Assembly: GCA_963802945.1 (NCBI GenBank) | Contig: CAWDKY010000057.1 | Coordinates: 1 to 18,422 of the forward strand | Length of the DNA: 18,422 nt | Direction of reading: 5' to 3' | Origin: an uncultured delta proteobacterium | GTDB lineage: Bacteria > Desulfobacterota > RBG-13-43-22 | Part shown: positions 1 to 9,439 of the stretch, in pieces | Position numbering within the stretch: the first letter of the stretch is position 1 | Layout: every line of letters begins with the position of its first letter | Notes under the pieces: generated by a model | The model's input: the letters and a program-made list of their open reading frames with translations, nothing else | Database searches by the model: none | What the model was told of the DNA's origin: nothing | Translations under genes and position numbers: made by a program

Positions 1-110
1 GAAAAATATTTGAACAGAAGAAAAAGATTGCCGCGCCATTCGATCTGAGAATGACCTGCAAAACCATTAAATTCATTTCAGAACCTCGAGGAATAGTTCC
101 ATTTTCCTAA

Positions 111-137
111 TTCTTAAGAAAAGGTGCTCAGCACCTT
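111..137. promoter_or_regulatory. Two adjacent palindromes, candidate operator upstream of the hydrolase gene
   Basis: TTCTTAAGAA (111-120) is followed directly by AAGGTGCT-C-AGCACCTT (121-137), about 200 bp before the ATG at 334. Confidence 0.3.
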
Positions 138-333
138 ATTTGAGGAAAGGTATGAGATTATTTTATGCTGGAGAAGAGTTCATCATTTTTAGAAAGAGAA
201 AATGGTCCCATATCACCTGAGTTGCCCCCGGCAGGAAATGGAGCTCTGCCGGGGGCGCCCAAGCATCAAGCTCAAGGAGGGAAAAGAAATTCAGGAGGAC
301 TCACTATTTCAAAATCAAAAAAGGAGAAATTCA

Positions 334-1698
334 ATGAAGAGATTGCTTTACTTTTTATTGGCAGCAGTTTTGATCTTTTCGGTAATGGCGGTCACCAGTT
401 CCTATGCCTTTGACCCTTTACCTTGGGCGGGCTGGGACTATAAAGGAGTTACAGTGTCCACCAATAACCCGGACCTGAAACATTATACATGGGAAACAAC
501 CAGGCCTCCTGGTGGACCTTGGGATAATATACAGCTCCATCGATTTGTCTATCAGCCGGGTAACGATGTAGCCGATCCCACATTATCCAGTACTGACCCG
601 ACCATGGTTCTTTTTATCATCCCCGGAACCTATGATCGTGGGTTCACCAAGCCCCCGGATGATATAAACTTCTCCGAGAACTGGTTTTTTGCCGCTAACG
701 GTTATGATGTCTATTCCATAGAATTTCGTACTGCGTTCATGCCCAATCTGGATCAAAACCAGTTAGCATCTACGAAGTTTGGTTTAGGGGATGAGTTAAA
801 AGCAACTGCTGGTTGGACCTATGCTGTCTTCCGGGAAGATATCAAGGCCTGCGTGGACCTGGCCAAAACGCTTTCCGGGGCAACTACGCTATTTATGGCC
901 GGGAGGAGCAGAGGCGGCATGCAAATGTGGATGTACTCTGCCAAGTACGCCGCCGATCTGAAAGGGTTGATATCTTTAGATGGCGGCGTTCCTTATGTTT
1001 TAAAAAACCCGTCCCAGCAAATGAGCCTATCCGCCTTTAACACTGCTGTTGCCAGTTTACAAGCGAGCGGGCCTTATCTGGACGAAGTAGGCGGTTATGA
1101 ATTGATTCAGTTTGCCGGGGCAGTCCCCTTTTCAAAGAATTCGGTGGGAGGACCTCTTCCGCCTGTAAGCACACTGACCTTTCCCCCTGATGCCCCTGCT
1201 GACAAAGCCCAAATGAAATGGGTGTCAGATTTAGTTGGCTACGCTTATTATTACAGCGGACTAGCTGGAACCATAACAGATTACTACACCCCGTATCCTG
1301 GAGGCTCGGGGGAAACCTACATGGATCGTAATGTCTTGGTGGCGATTGCCTCAAATTTTACGCGTTATTGGCCGGCCATCCAGGACCTGGAAAGCACCGC
1401 CATGGCCAATTGGTGCCCGAACGGTACGATGCCCTACGGGTTTGATTACAATAAAACCGGTCAGGTCACGCTTCCCATCCTGGCCTTTGCCAGTGACCTT
1501 ACCTGCAAATATATGAAGGCCTGCTGGGAGTTTGGCTCACCAGTACCTTCCGGGGCTACCGTCGTGCCGAGGACCAAGAGCACCGATGTTACGGACTTAC
1601 GTTTAAAGCATTATGGCCACCTGGATGTGTACGGCGGCACCCATTCGCTTGAGGATGTAAAACAGCCAATGTTGAATTGGATGAACTTGAGAAAATAA
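334..1698 (+). CDS. Secreted alpha/beta-fold hydrolase (esterase/lipase-like)
   Basis: AAGGAG at 321-326 precedes ATG 334, preferred over 202. The Sec signal peptide is MKRLLYFLLAAVLIFSVMAVTSSYA. The nucleophile elbow is G-R-S-R-G-G, with LFIIPGT upstream and a C-terminal His motif YGHLDV. Confidence 0.75.
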   Translation: MKRLLYFLLAAVLIFSVMAVTSSYAFDPLPWAGWDYKGVTVSTNNPDLKHYTWETTRPPGGPWDNIQLHRFVYQPGNDVADPTLSSTDPTMVLFIIPGTYDRGFTKPPDDINFSENWFFAANGYDVYSIEFRTAFMPNLDQNQLASTKFGLGDELKATAGWTYAVFREDIKACVDLAKTLSGATTLFMAGRSRGGMQMWMYSAKYAADLKGLISLDGGVPYVLKNPSQQMSLSAFNTAVASLQASGPYLDEVGGYELIQFAGAVPFSKNSVGGPLPPVSTLTFPPDAPADKAQMKWVSDLVGYAYYYSGLAGTITDYYTPYPGGSGETYMDRNVLVAIASNFTRYWPAIQDLESTAMANWCPNGTMPYGFDYNKTGQVTLPILAFASDLTCKYMKACWEFGSPVPSGATVVPRTKSTDVTDLRLKHYGHLDVYGGTHSLEDVKQPMLNWMNLRK

Positions 1699-1801
1699 CG
1701 ACTGTAAACATGGGCTTTAGAGACGACAGAGCAGGAAAGTTACCCGGCCGTTTCCAGCTCATCCTATATAGGCTGCCCCTATTGATTACCATCTTAACCC
1801 C

Positions 1802-1845
1802 AACGAGAAAGGCGGGGCCGGAAACGGCCCTGCCTTTCTCGTTTT
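1802..1845 (+). terminator. Rho-independent terminator after the hydrolase gene
   Basis: AACGAGAAAGGCGGGGCCG-GAAA-CGGCCCTGCCTTTCTCGTT is a 19-bp stem with a GNRA loop, ending in TTTT. Confidence 0.8.
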
Positions 1846-1889
1846 AAACCCTCATGCCCCTTAGGGGATCACGAAACATGAAAATTGTT

Positions 1890-1949
1890 AAGGATTCAAT
1901 CCCGCCAGCGGCGGAATTGAATCCTCGAATCCTGGAATCCTTGAACCCT
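1890..1949. repeat. Octamer-repeat hairpin element (T[TCG]GAATCC family)
   Basis: AGGATTCAAT-CCCGCC-AGC-GGCGGA-A is followed by TTGAATCC TCGAATCC TGGAATCC TTGAACCC (1917-1948). The same octamer occurs at 16701-16724 and 17782-17887. Confidence 0.8.
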
Positions 1950-2260
1950 ATTTTTGTTCTAAATTTAATTCCTTCCTCAACAATACAAAAGGAACGGCAA
2001 GTTAGAGAAGGATTTTTTATTTTCGGCGAGATGCCCGCAAATAAATAAAAAAAAATTCCCCCCTGGGTAATTTCAGCAACTCTGTGGTCGATAGGATTTT
2101 TTGGCGAACAAGGGCGGACTGTTAGGAAACTTGATTTTATCAGGGAATGGTCAGGTGGTAACCGTTATAATCATGGCTCCTTTCCATGGATAAGCCGGAG
2201 AAAAGGCCTGCCCGACAGCCTCCACACAGAAGAAAAGGCATCCTTAACCCGTCCAGACTA

Positions 2261-2720
2261 TTAAGAACTAGGCGTAATAGTAATAATGGTGGATCCTTGG
2301 AGAGGAGTCCCTGAAACCACCATAGCATCAATTTCCGTTGCGGGTTTGTGTGCCGATAGAAGGTGCTGTGTAGGTAACGATTAAGATTCCTCCCACGGTA
2401 TAACCGCTAAAGGTAGTATTTGTTGTTCCATTAAAAGTAAAAGTACCGCCCAACGAAGAATTCAGGATGATGGAGGCATCGGTCCTTTTTCCGAAGAATC
2501 AGTGACGATCACCGTGATGTCGTAGTCCCCCGACGGAAATAGAGTTATTTCCCGCATCACAGTGACATTGGCCGCGGCGCCCCCGGAACTCCCGGATCCG
2601 GACGTCGTGCCGCTGGTTACGCTGTTTGCTTATTGATATCCGAGAGTTGCACCCCGGGAAATTAAAAGGGCGGCAATCAAAAAAAAATAAAAAAATTGAG
2701 GAATAAAATTTATGAGACAT
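2261..2720 (-). CDS. Putative lipoprotein with an Ig-like (Big-type) beta-sandwich, about 150 aa, broken by several frameshifts
   Basis: ATG 2720 lies 4 nt after the gspG stop. Joining frames gives MSHKFYSSIFLFF(L)IAALLI(F)PGC (lipobox-like), a linker VTSGTTSGSGSSGGAAANVTV, then ITVIVTDSS..DASIILNSSLGGTFTFNG..GGILIVTYTAPS..TEIDAMVVSGTPLQGSTIITITPSS and TAA at 2261-2263. Confidence 0.6.
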
Positions 2721-2724
2721 GGTT

Positions 2725-3149
2725 TTAATCCCAATTATTGACATCCTTATCCTCCCCTTCTCCACCGGGTTTATTATCGCGGCCATAGGAAAAGAGATCA
2801 TATTCCCCATGCGTACCGGGAAATTGATAGTTGTAGGGATTCCCCCAGGGGTCGATAGGGACATTTTTCTTTAAATAAGGGCCATCCCACTTTTCCTGTC
2901 CCGGATTGGTCATCAAGGCGTTCAACCCCTCCTGGGAGGAAGGATAAGCCAATATCCAATCGATATTGATCCAGGGCTTGACCCAATAACTCGATCTGGG
3001 CCTTGGCCGCAGCTTGCTTCCCTTGCCCAATTTCGGGAAAAGCCTGGGGGCCACCAGGGCCGCCGCAGGCCAATAATGACCATGACCACCAGAAGTTCGA
3101 TCAAGGTAAACCCGCGATGATCCGCTGCGCCCTCTTGGAAACTCCTCAT
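2725..3149 (-). CDS. gspG: T2SS major pseudopilin GspG (frameshifted)
   Basis: The prepilin motif is RG|FTLIELLVVMVIIGL. Across frames it continues AAKAQIELLGQALDQYRLD, YPSSQEGLNAL, WDGPYLKKNVPIDPWGNPY and YDLFSYGRDNKPGGEGEDKDVNNW. ATG 3149 follows GGAAGGGA. Confidence 0.93.
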
Positions 3150-3191
3150 TATTCCCTTCCCGTTTGGTGTATCCATTGTGATCTTTATTAA

Positions 3192-3220
3192 ATTAAAAAC
3201 CATTACAGATGGTTAGTCAA
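3192..3220 (-). promoter_or_regulatory. Sigma70-type promoter for gspG with a palindrome in the spacer
   Basis: The minus strand reads TTGACT-17 nt-TTTAAT. The 17-nt spacer is AACCAT-CTGTA-ATGGTT. Confidence 0.55.
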
Positions 3221-3448
3221 TAAAAAAATTAAAACAACTCCATGGGAATACTGATTTTTCCTTCCACTTTGTTTCAAACCTCCGACCCCTGTTGGTATAC
3301 GGTCACCATCGTGAAAGAAAAGAGAGGTCAGATGGATTGAAGAATATATTTTTTTTCGTTAAAAATATGTAATTTTTTATTTGTCTATTTTTAAATTTTA
3401 GTGTAAGAAATTAAGTTGCTATTTAATTACTTAAGGAGGAAAATTATT

Positions 3449-5496
3449 TTGGGAAAAAGGGCGACCCGATTCATTCTGATGGGGCTTCTCCAGGTAATAG
3501 TTTTTGTGCTCTTCCTGGGTTCGCCGTTACTGGCTCAACCCCCACTGCCAGCATTGCCCCAAGACATCCCCTGAACCAACCTGCCCCTGGTTCAACCCCC
3601 GATGCCTATACCGCCAACCGAGGCGCCGGCACCTGCACCTTCCATTCATCGCTGCCGCCCCCGATTCCCGGACAACCATCAGGGGCGTCGGCAATAAAAG
3701 CTCCTGAAAACGGGAGACCGGAACCGCTCAATAACCAAAAACCTTCCCCAAAAAGAGGGGAAGTCAGTTTTAATTTTGATGATGCCGATGTCTATTCCGT
3801 CATCCAGACTATTTTTGGTGGGGTCCTGAAATTCAACTATATTATCGACCCTAAGGTCAAAGGACGGGTTAATTTCAGATCCGTGTCCCCGGTGGCCAGA
3901 GAAGATGTCCTGCCTTTGATGGAGGTCATCTTACGTCTGAACGGGATCAGCGTAGTTGAAGATGGGGGGCTTTATCGTATCATCCCTATCGGGGATATCC
4001 CCAGAGAACCGGCCCCGGTCAAGATCGGACGGGACCCGGACAAGGTAACCTTGCAGGGTCTGGGATTGCTTCAAGTCGTTCCTATAAAGTTTGTTACCTC
4101 TACGGAAATGGTCAAAGTTCTGACCCCCTTTCTGTCCACGAATGCGGTGATTGTGGATGTGCCGAAAATAAATTATCTCATTCTGGTGGATACGGATGCC
4201 AATGTAAAAAGACTCCTGCAATTAGTAGAGATATTTGATAGCGAACAGCTCAAACAAATAAAACCTCAAGTCTTTGTCTATCCGGTTCAAAACGGCAAGG
4301 CCAAGGACCTGGCCAACCTATTGCAGCAAATATACCTGGGATCAAAGGCACCCCCCAAAAACATCTACGACCACACCGCTACGAGCAGACCGGGAACTAC
4401 CGGGCCAGACTACCACTCCTCCCCCCTTCTCCTCCCTCCCCACAAATCCAGACAACCACTACGCTGTTGGGTGCGTCGCGCCGGAGAAGCCCTAGTGGCT
4501 GAAATAACAAAGATTTTCCCTGATGAGACTACCAATTCACTGGTCATCTTGGCCACACCCGAAGACTATGCCCTTATCCTGGAATCCTTGAAAAAGCTTG
4601 ATCAGGTCCCCCGCCAGGTGATGATTGAAGTGCTCATCGCCGAGATCACCTTATCCAATGAGCTAAAGTTCGGGTTGGAATGGTCCTTGAAAGGGGATCG
4701 TGAATCAAGGATTTGGCAATGTCACAGGAAGTTTTATTCCGACAACGACGACCACTACCACCAGCTCATCCGGTACTACAACAAGCAGTACACCGGCTAC
4801 CGGGATTTTCTTTTTTGGGAATTGACAAAACCGGACTGATCCGGGGATTCTTACAAACTTTGGCTACCCAAGGAAAAACCAACGTCCTGGCCTCCCCCCA
4901 TATCCTGGCCGCCGATAACCGGAAGGCCAAGATCCAGATCGGCAGTCAGGTCCCCATTGTCACCGACGTACAAAGCACCACGGTAACCACCCAATCCGTG
5001 CAATATAAAGATACCGGGGTGATCCTGGAAATAACGCCGGCCATCAATGACAGCGGTCTGGTGTCCATGGAGATCAAACAGGAGGTTTCGTTTTGTTTTC
5101 CAAAGGCCACTCGGCACAAACACCTTTCCGGTATTTACCAAAAGAGAGGCCTCCACCTATCTGGTGGCCCAGGACGGGCAGACTATTGTCATCGGCGGAC
5201 TGATACAAGAAAATAAAGGCCGGACCAGATCAGGACTCCCCTTTCTAAGTAAAATTCCCATCCTTGGATATCTTTTCGGCTATACGGATGACACCTTTGA
5301 CCGATCGGAAATCATCTTATTACTCACACCCAGGGTCGTCAAAAATCAAAAAGAGGCGGAAAACCTGACTAATTATTACATCCACCGGCTGGATAAAAGT
5401 TTTGACAAGCAGATTAAAAGGGGAGAATGGATCCCTCAACAAGGGAAAAAAAGGAAACCAAGTGAAGAGGGACAGGTAACGGGTGACAACATTTAG
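3449..5496 (+). CDS. gspD: T2SS secretin GspD (several frameshifts)
   Basis: AAGGAGGA precedes TTG 3449. A signal peptide ends SPLLA|Q, then a Pro-rich linker and the N0 motif VSFNFDDADVYSVIQTIF..YIIDPKVKGRV. Secretin motifs follow: LDQVPRQVMIEVLIAEI, NVLASPHILAADNRKAKIQIGSQVP, YKDTGVILEITP and GLPFLSKIPILGYLF. Confidence 0.93.
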
Positions 5497-5805
5497 AGAT
5501 CCATACAAAACCCGGAAAAATAATCTGTGCAAGTCAGGAGTTGACTATACAGGCCTTGTCAAGTCGAAGATTTCTTCCTGTAATGTTGTTTTTAAATTTT
5601 GGCTCTTTAAACTCCATTACAAACGGTAATCAATTTGTAAAGTACAACCCTGCAAAGTCCCCTTGCCTTCCGCCCTGATTTTCTCCTTGACCCTGTCTTT
5701 TTCTTGTCTTATACTCTTTCCATTCAAAAAGAAAATTCTTATTAAATTCCTAAAGTTGATTTTTTTAACCCTCACTTTTAAGAAATATAAGGGAGATAAG
5801 AAAAG

Positions 5806-7730
5806 ATGCCTGGTTGGTGTGGAAAGATCCTTCGGATCGATTTGAGTGATAACCGTATCACAACTGAAGAAACAGAAAGGGTTGCCCGGTTGTTTTTGGG
5901 AGGCCGGGGCATTGCCACCAAGATATACTGGGACGAAGTACGTCCGGAGGTCGGTGCCTTTGATGCCGGGAACAAGATCATCATCATGACAGGTCCTCTT
6001 GTAGCCACAGGTGTTCAAGGGGCAACTCGATGTACGGTGATCAGCAAGTCGCCGATGTTGATCCCTGAGGGGTTTTCCTACGGGAGCCTGGGCGGATTTT
6101 TCCCCTCCGAACTGAAAAAGGCAGGGTTTGATGGGATCGTCATTTCCGGAAAGGCCTCCGAACCGAGCCTGATCGTTATCAGGGATGAAACCGTGGAGAT
6201 CTGCGATGCCTCGGCCTTATGGGGCAAGGGAACCTATGAGGTCGGTACGATCCTCCGTGGCCGGTATGGTGAAGACATCAAATATATCTCAACCGGCCCG
6301 GCTGGAGAAAATCTCTGTCGAAGCGCCACCATCATAAGCGATCACGAGGGCAGTGTCACTTCAGGATTTGGGGCCGTTTTCGGATCGAAAAAGCTCAAGG
6401 CCATTGCGGTAAAAGGGTCCGGAAGTCCGTCGGTGGCCTGGAAGGAGAAGCTCCAAACCCTCAACCGCAGAACCGTCCTCTTGAGCAAACGGTTGGCCAT
6501 TAAACTCCCTTTGCCCAAGCAGCAAATCACTCTATCTGAAAAAATCCCCCTGCGCCGCCTGCGGCCTCGATTGCCAAAGAGGCCTGTTCCGAACCAATTC
6601 AGGCAAGGAAGCCATCCGAAAATGCCATTCCATGACTTTTTATATGCCTTGGGTTTACCGTCGTAAAGACGAACACATCGATACGAGCTTCACCGCTACG
6701 GCCTTGTGTAATGACTATGCCCTCTGCACGATGGAAATCCAAAATATCGTCGAGTGGTTGCTCGACTGTGAAAAAAGGGGCCTACTTACAGAAAAAGACA
6801 CTGGAATTAATCTTTCAGACTTTAGGATCTCTACCCTTCATTACTCAATTGACGTCAATGATCGCCAAAAGGGAAGGCTTCGGAAACATCCTGGCCGAAG
6901 GGGTGATGAGGGCCTCGGCACAAATGGGGGAAAAAGCTTCAAACCGTTTGACCATAAACATGAGCGGTGGCGGTATTGGACTGGCAGGGGGTTATGCCCC
7001 GCGGGAATATCCCATTACCGCATTATTGTATGCCTTCGAACCCAGGCAGCCGATTGCCATGTTGCATGAGGTGGTCTTTCATGTCATACGATGGCTGGCC
7101 AACCGAACCCGCCCCGACTTATCCCCGACTACGAACGAGGTATTTCGCAAGGCCGCCGGGCGGTTCTGGGGAGGTGAAGAAGCGGGAAATTTTGCAACTT
7201 ACGAGGGGAAGGCCCTGGGGGCCGCCAAAATTCAGGATCGTACCTATGTCAAAGATAGTCTGGGATTGTGCGATTTTGCCTGGCCCATAATGGACTCATT
7301 CAACACACCCGATCACGTGGGCGATCCGGAACTTCCGGCGCAGATTTTTTCAGCCGTAACCGGTATGGAGGTCAAGGAAGATGATCTGCATCTCTTTGGC
7401 GAGCGAATTTTTAATCTTCAAAGAAGCATCCTTTTGCGTGAGGGCCGTAAGCCGAAGGAATCGGACCTGCCGCCGGACTTTAATTTTACCAAACCAGTGA
7501 CCCATGTGGCCACCAATCCTCAGCTGATCGTTCCCGGATCGGACGAAAATCCGGTATCGATACAGGGCAACACCCTCGATCGGAACCGATACGAGTCCAT
7601 GCGGCGTGAATATTACACCATAAGAAAATGGGACCCCGATTCGGGACGCCAAAAGAAAAGCACCCTGGACAAGCTCGGTTTATCCGATGTTGCATCGGAA
7701 ATGAATAAGTTGGGGTTCCTGGAATTGTAA
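5806..7730 (+). CDS. aor: Aldehyde:ferredoxin oxidoreductase family protein (tungstopterin, 4Fe-4S), frameshifted at about 6530-6630 and 6810
   Basis: The N-terminus has GWCGKILRIDLS..FLGGRGIA, ELKKAGFDGIVISGKA, GPAGEN and GFGAVFGSKKLKAIAV. The shifted frame near 6550 has CAACGLDC (Cx2Cx3C). Later motifs are CNDYALC, IAKREGFGNILAEG, DSLGLC and YYTIRKWD..LDKLGL. Confidence 0.88.
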
Positions 7731-8136
7731 CAGGCCATTCTACTGCAAACATTTTCGGTACTGCATTTCGGGTCATCAGAAGGATAGGATAGAATTCGGG
7801 AAATAGCTCCGCATGGATGTCCTCAGGAGATAGTTCAGAAAAGCTAAAGGGTATTCGATGAATTCGATAGGATGAGGCCATGTTCCAGGAAACTCGAAGA
7901 CTCCTTCCTTGTACTCTTCGAAACTCAATTTCAAAAAAGACGAAGATTTTAAATGGTAATCGTTGACAAACCCTTGTTATTTCTGGTTTCATTTCTAAAG
8001 AAAAATTCTCCTTATTTACTGTTCCCAAAAAGGTGTATAATAAACACTATATCCAAAGGCCGGTTTAGTAAGGTAATCTGTCTTCCGATTTAGCCACTCT
8101 GCCCTAAAGGGGAGCAAGTAAATGGAAGAATGCAGG

Positions 8137-8173
8137 AAACCCTGTTTCTCTGATAGAGCGATGGGGTTTTTTT
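8137..8173 (+). terminator. Rho-independent terminator closing a short structured transcript
   Basis: AAACCCTGTTTCTCT-GAT-AGAGCGATGGGGTTT pairs at 14 of 15 positions including G-U pairs and runs into a T7 tract (8167-8173). Confidence 0.65.
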
Positions 8174-8345
8174 GTTTTGTAATTGACCTATCGTGGAACC
8201 AGTAAAGTGTATACAAAATGGAAGAAGTAGAAGAAGTAAAGAAAGAAAAACTTGTTTCAAGTGATTAAATATATTAATATGAGCTATGCAGCTAAATTAT
8301 GGAGGGGGTATTAGGCCTAATGATTTTGATAAGGGGAATGTCGGC

Positions 8346-8378
8346 TTGAAACCTATTAACTTTTTACTACGTTAATAG
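8346..8378 (+). promoter_or_regulatory. Candidate promoter/operator of the NHL gene
   Basis: TTGAAA at 8346 is followed by the perfect inverted repeat CTATTAAC-N10-GTTAATAG (8353-8378), about 40 bp before the start codon. Confidence 0.35.
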
Positions 8379-8416
8379 TAGAAATTTTTATGTGATTTAA
8401 TGATTTAGGAGGAAAA

Positions 8417-9439
8417 ATGCAACTTAATATAAACAGGGCTCAGAGAAAGATATTTTTTCAAATCCTGTTGGTTTTGATTTTCTTAACCTGTTTTCTCGTA
8501 AGCTGTAGACAAGTGTTAAAACTATAAGTTTATCCGAAGATGGGGTTCTATGGGCCTTGGGGGGAATGGGAAATTTTCAGATCCTGAAGGAATCACCATG
8601 GACAGATCAGGAAACGTTTATGTGAATGATAATCATGCTAACGATTGCATCCAGAAGTTCACTTCCTTAGGAAGTTTTATCACCCAATGGGGTTCCTGGG
8701 GCAGTGGAAATAAACAATTTTCAGATCCTGAAGGAATCGCCATTGACGGATCAGGAAATATTTATGTGGCAGATTATATGAACTGTCGTATCCAGAAATT
8801 AGACCACAATGGTAACTATTTAACCCAATGGGGTTCTATGGGCAGCGGGAATCTGCAATTTTTATATCCCATAGGAATCGCCGTTGACTCATCAAATTAT
8901 GTCTATGTGACGGACTTCGGTAATAATCGTGTAGTGAAATATGACTCCAATGGTAACTATCAAACCCAATGGGGCACTTCTGGCAGCGGGAATAAGCAAT
9001 TTATACAACCTATTGGAATCGGCGTTGACCATTCAGGATATGTTTATGTGGCTGATAGTTATAATAACCGTATACAGAAATTTGACTCCAATGGGAACTA
9101 TCAAACCCAATGGGGTTCCTCGGGCAGTGGAAATAAGCAATTTTCAGATCCTGAGTACCTTGCCGTTGGTACGCTTCCGGAAATGTTTATGTGGCTGATT
9201 GTGGAAACTATCGTATTCAGAAGTTTACTTCCGCCGGAACTTATGTCACCCAATTTGGCACTTATGGCAGCGGGAATGGACAATTTAAAGATATTGAGGG
9301 AATCGCCATTGACTCCTCATCAGGATATGTTTATGTGGGAGATGGTGCTGATAATGGCGGCAGCTACAGCATACAGAAGTTTGGCAAACATCCAGATCAA
9401 AAGGGTATGCCCTGGCTGCTTTTGCTGCTGGGAAAATAA
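8417..9439 (+). CDS. Exported NHL-repeat (6-bladed beta-propeller) protein, frameshifted at about 8510 and 9170
   Basis: AGGAGG precedes ATG 8417 and a hydrophobic signal peptide (..ILLVLIFLTCFLVSC, possible lipobox). Six repeats of WGSxGSGNxQFxxPxGIAxDxSGxVYVADxxNxRIQKF follow. The true C-terminus is in the 9191-9439 frame and ends KGMPWLLLLLGK. Confidence 0.85.
8540..9385 (+). repeat. 141-bp intragenic tandem repeats encoding the NHL blades
   Basis: ACCCAATGGGG recurs at 8682, 8823, 8964 and 9105, an exact 141-bp period. Confidence 0.85.

Noticed and set aside
202-333. N-terminal extension of the hydrolase ORF from 202
   Set aside because: The RBS and signal peptide fit ATG 334, and the extension crosses a hairpin.
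1854-2048. 64-aa ORF sharing NPRILES with the GspH leader
   Set aside because: The similarity comes from translating the octamer repeat, so it is not evidence of a gene.
2150-2185. Mini-ORF MIITVTT on the minus strand behind GAAAGGAG
   Set aside because: The SD-to-ATG spacing is only 2 nt and the ORF is 7 codons long.
2067-2665. Apparent inverted repeat (TAATTTC..GCAACTCT versus AGAGTTGC..GAAATTA) bracketing a 600-bp element
   Set aside because: The match is short and gapped, and the right arm lies within the lipobox coding sequence of the lipoprotein gene.
3449-3540. Lipidated secretin (LGC after a one-base correction)
   Set aside because: The uncorrected frame already gives a normal SPase I site (SPLLA|Q), so no correction is justified.
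7486-8216. Minus-strand ORFs 7486-8028 and 8016-8216
   Set aside because: They have no recognisable motifs. One overlaps the aor 3' end and the other crosses the structured RNA candidate.
8540-9385. CRISPR-like or DGR-like periodic repeats
   Set aside because: These are in-frame 141-bp coding repeats for NHL blades, with no unique spacers and no cas or reverse transcriptase gene.
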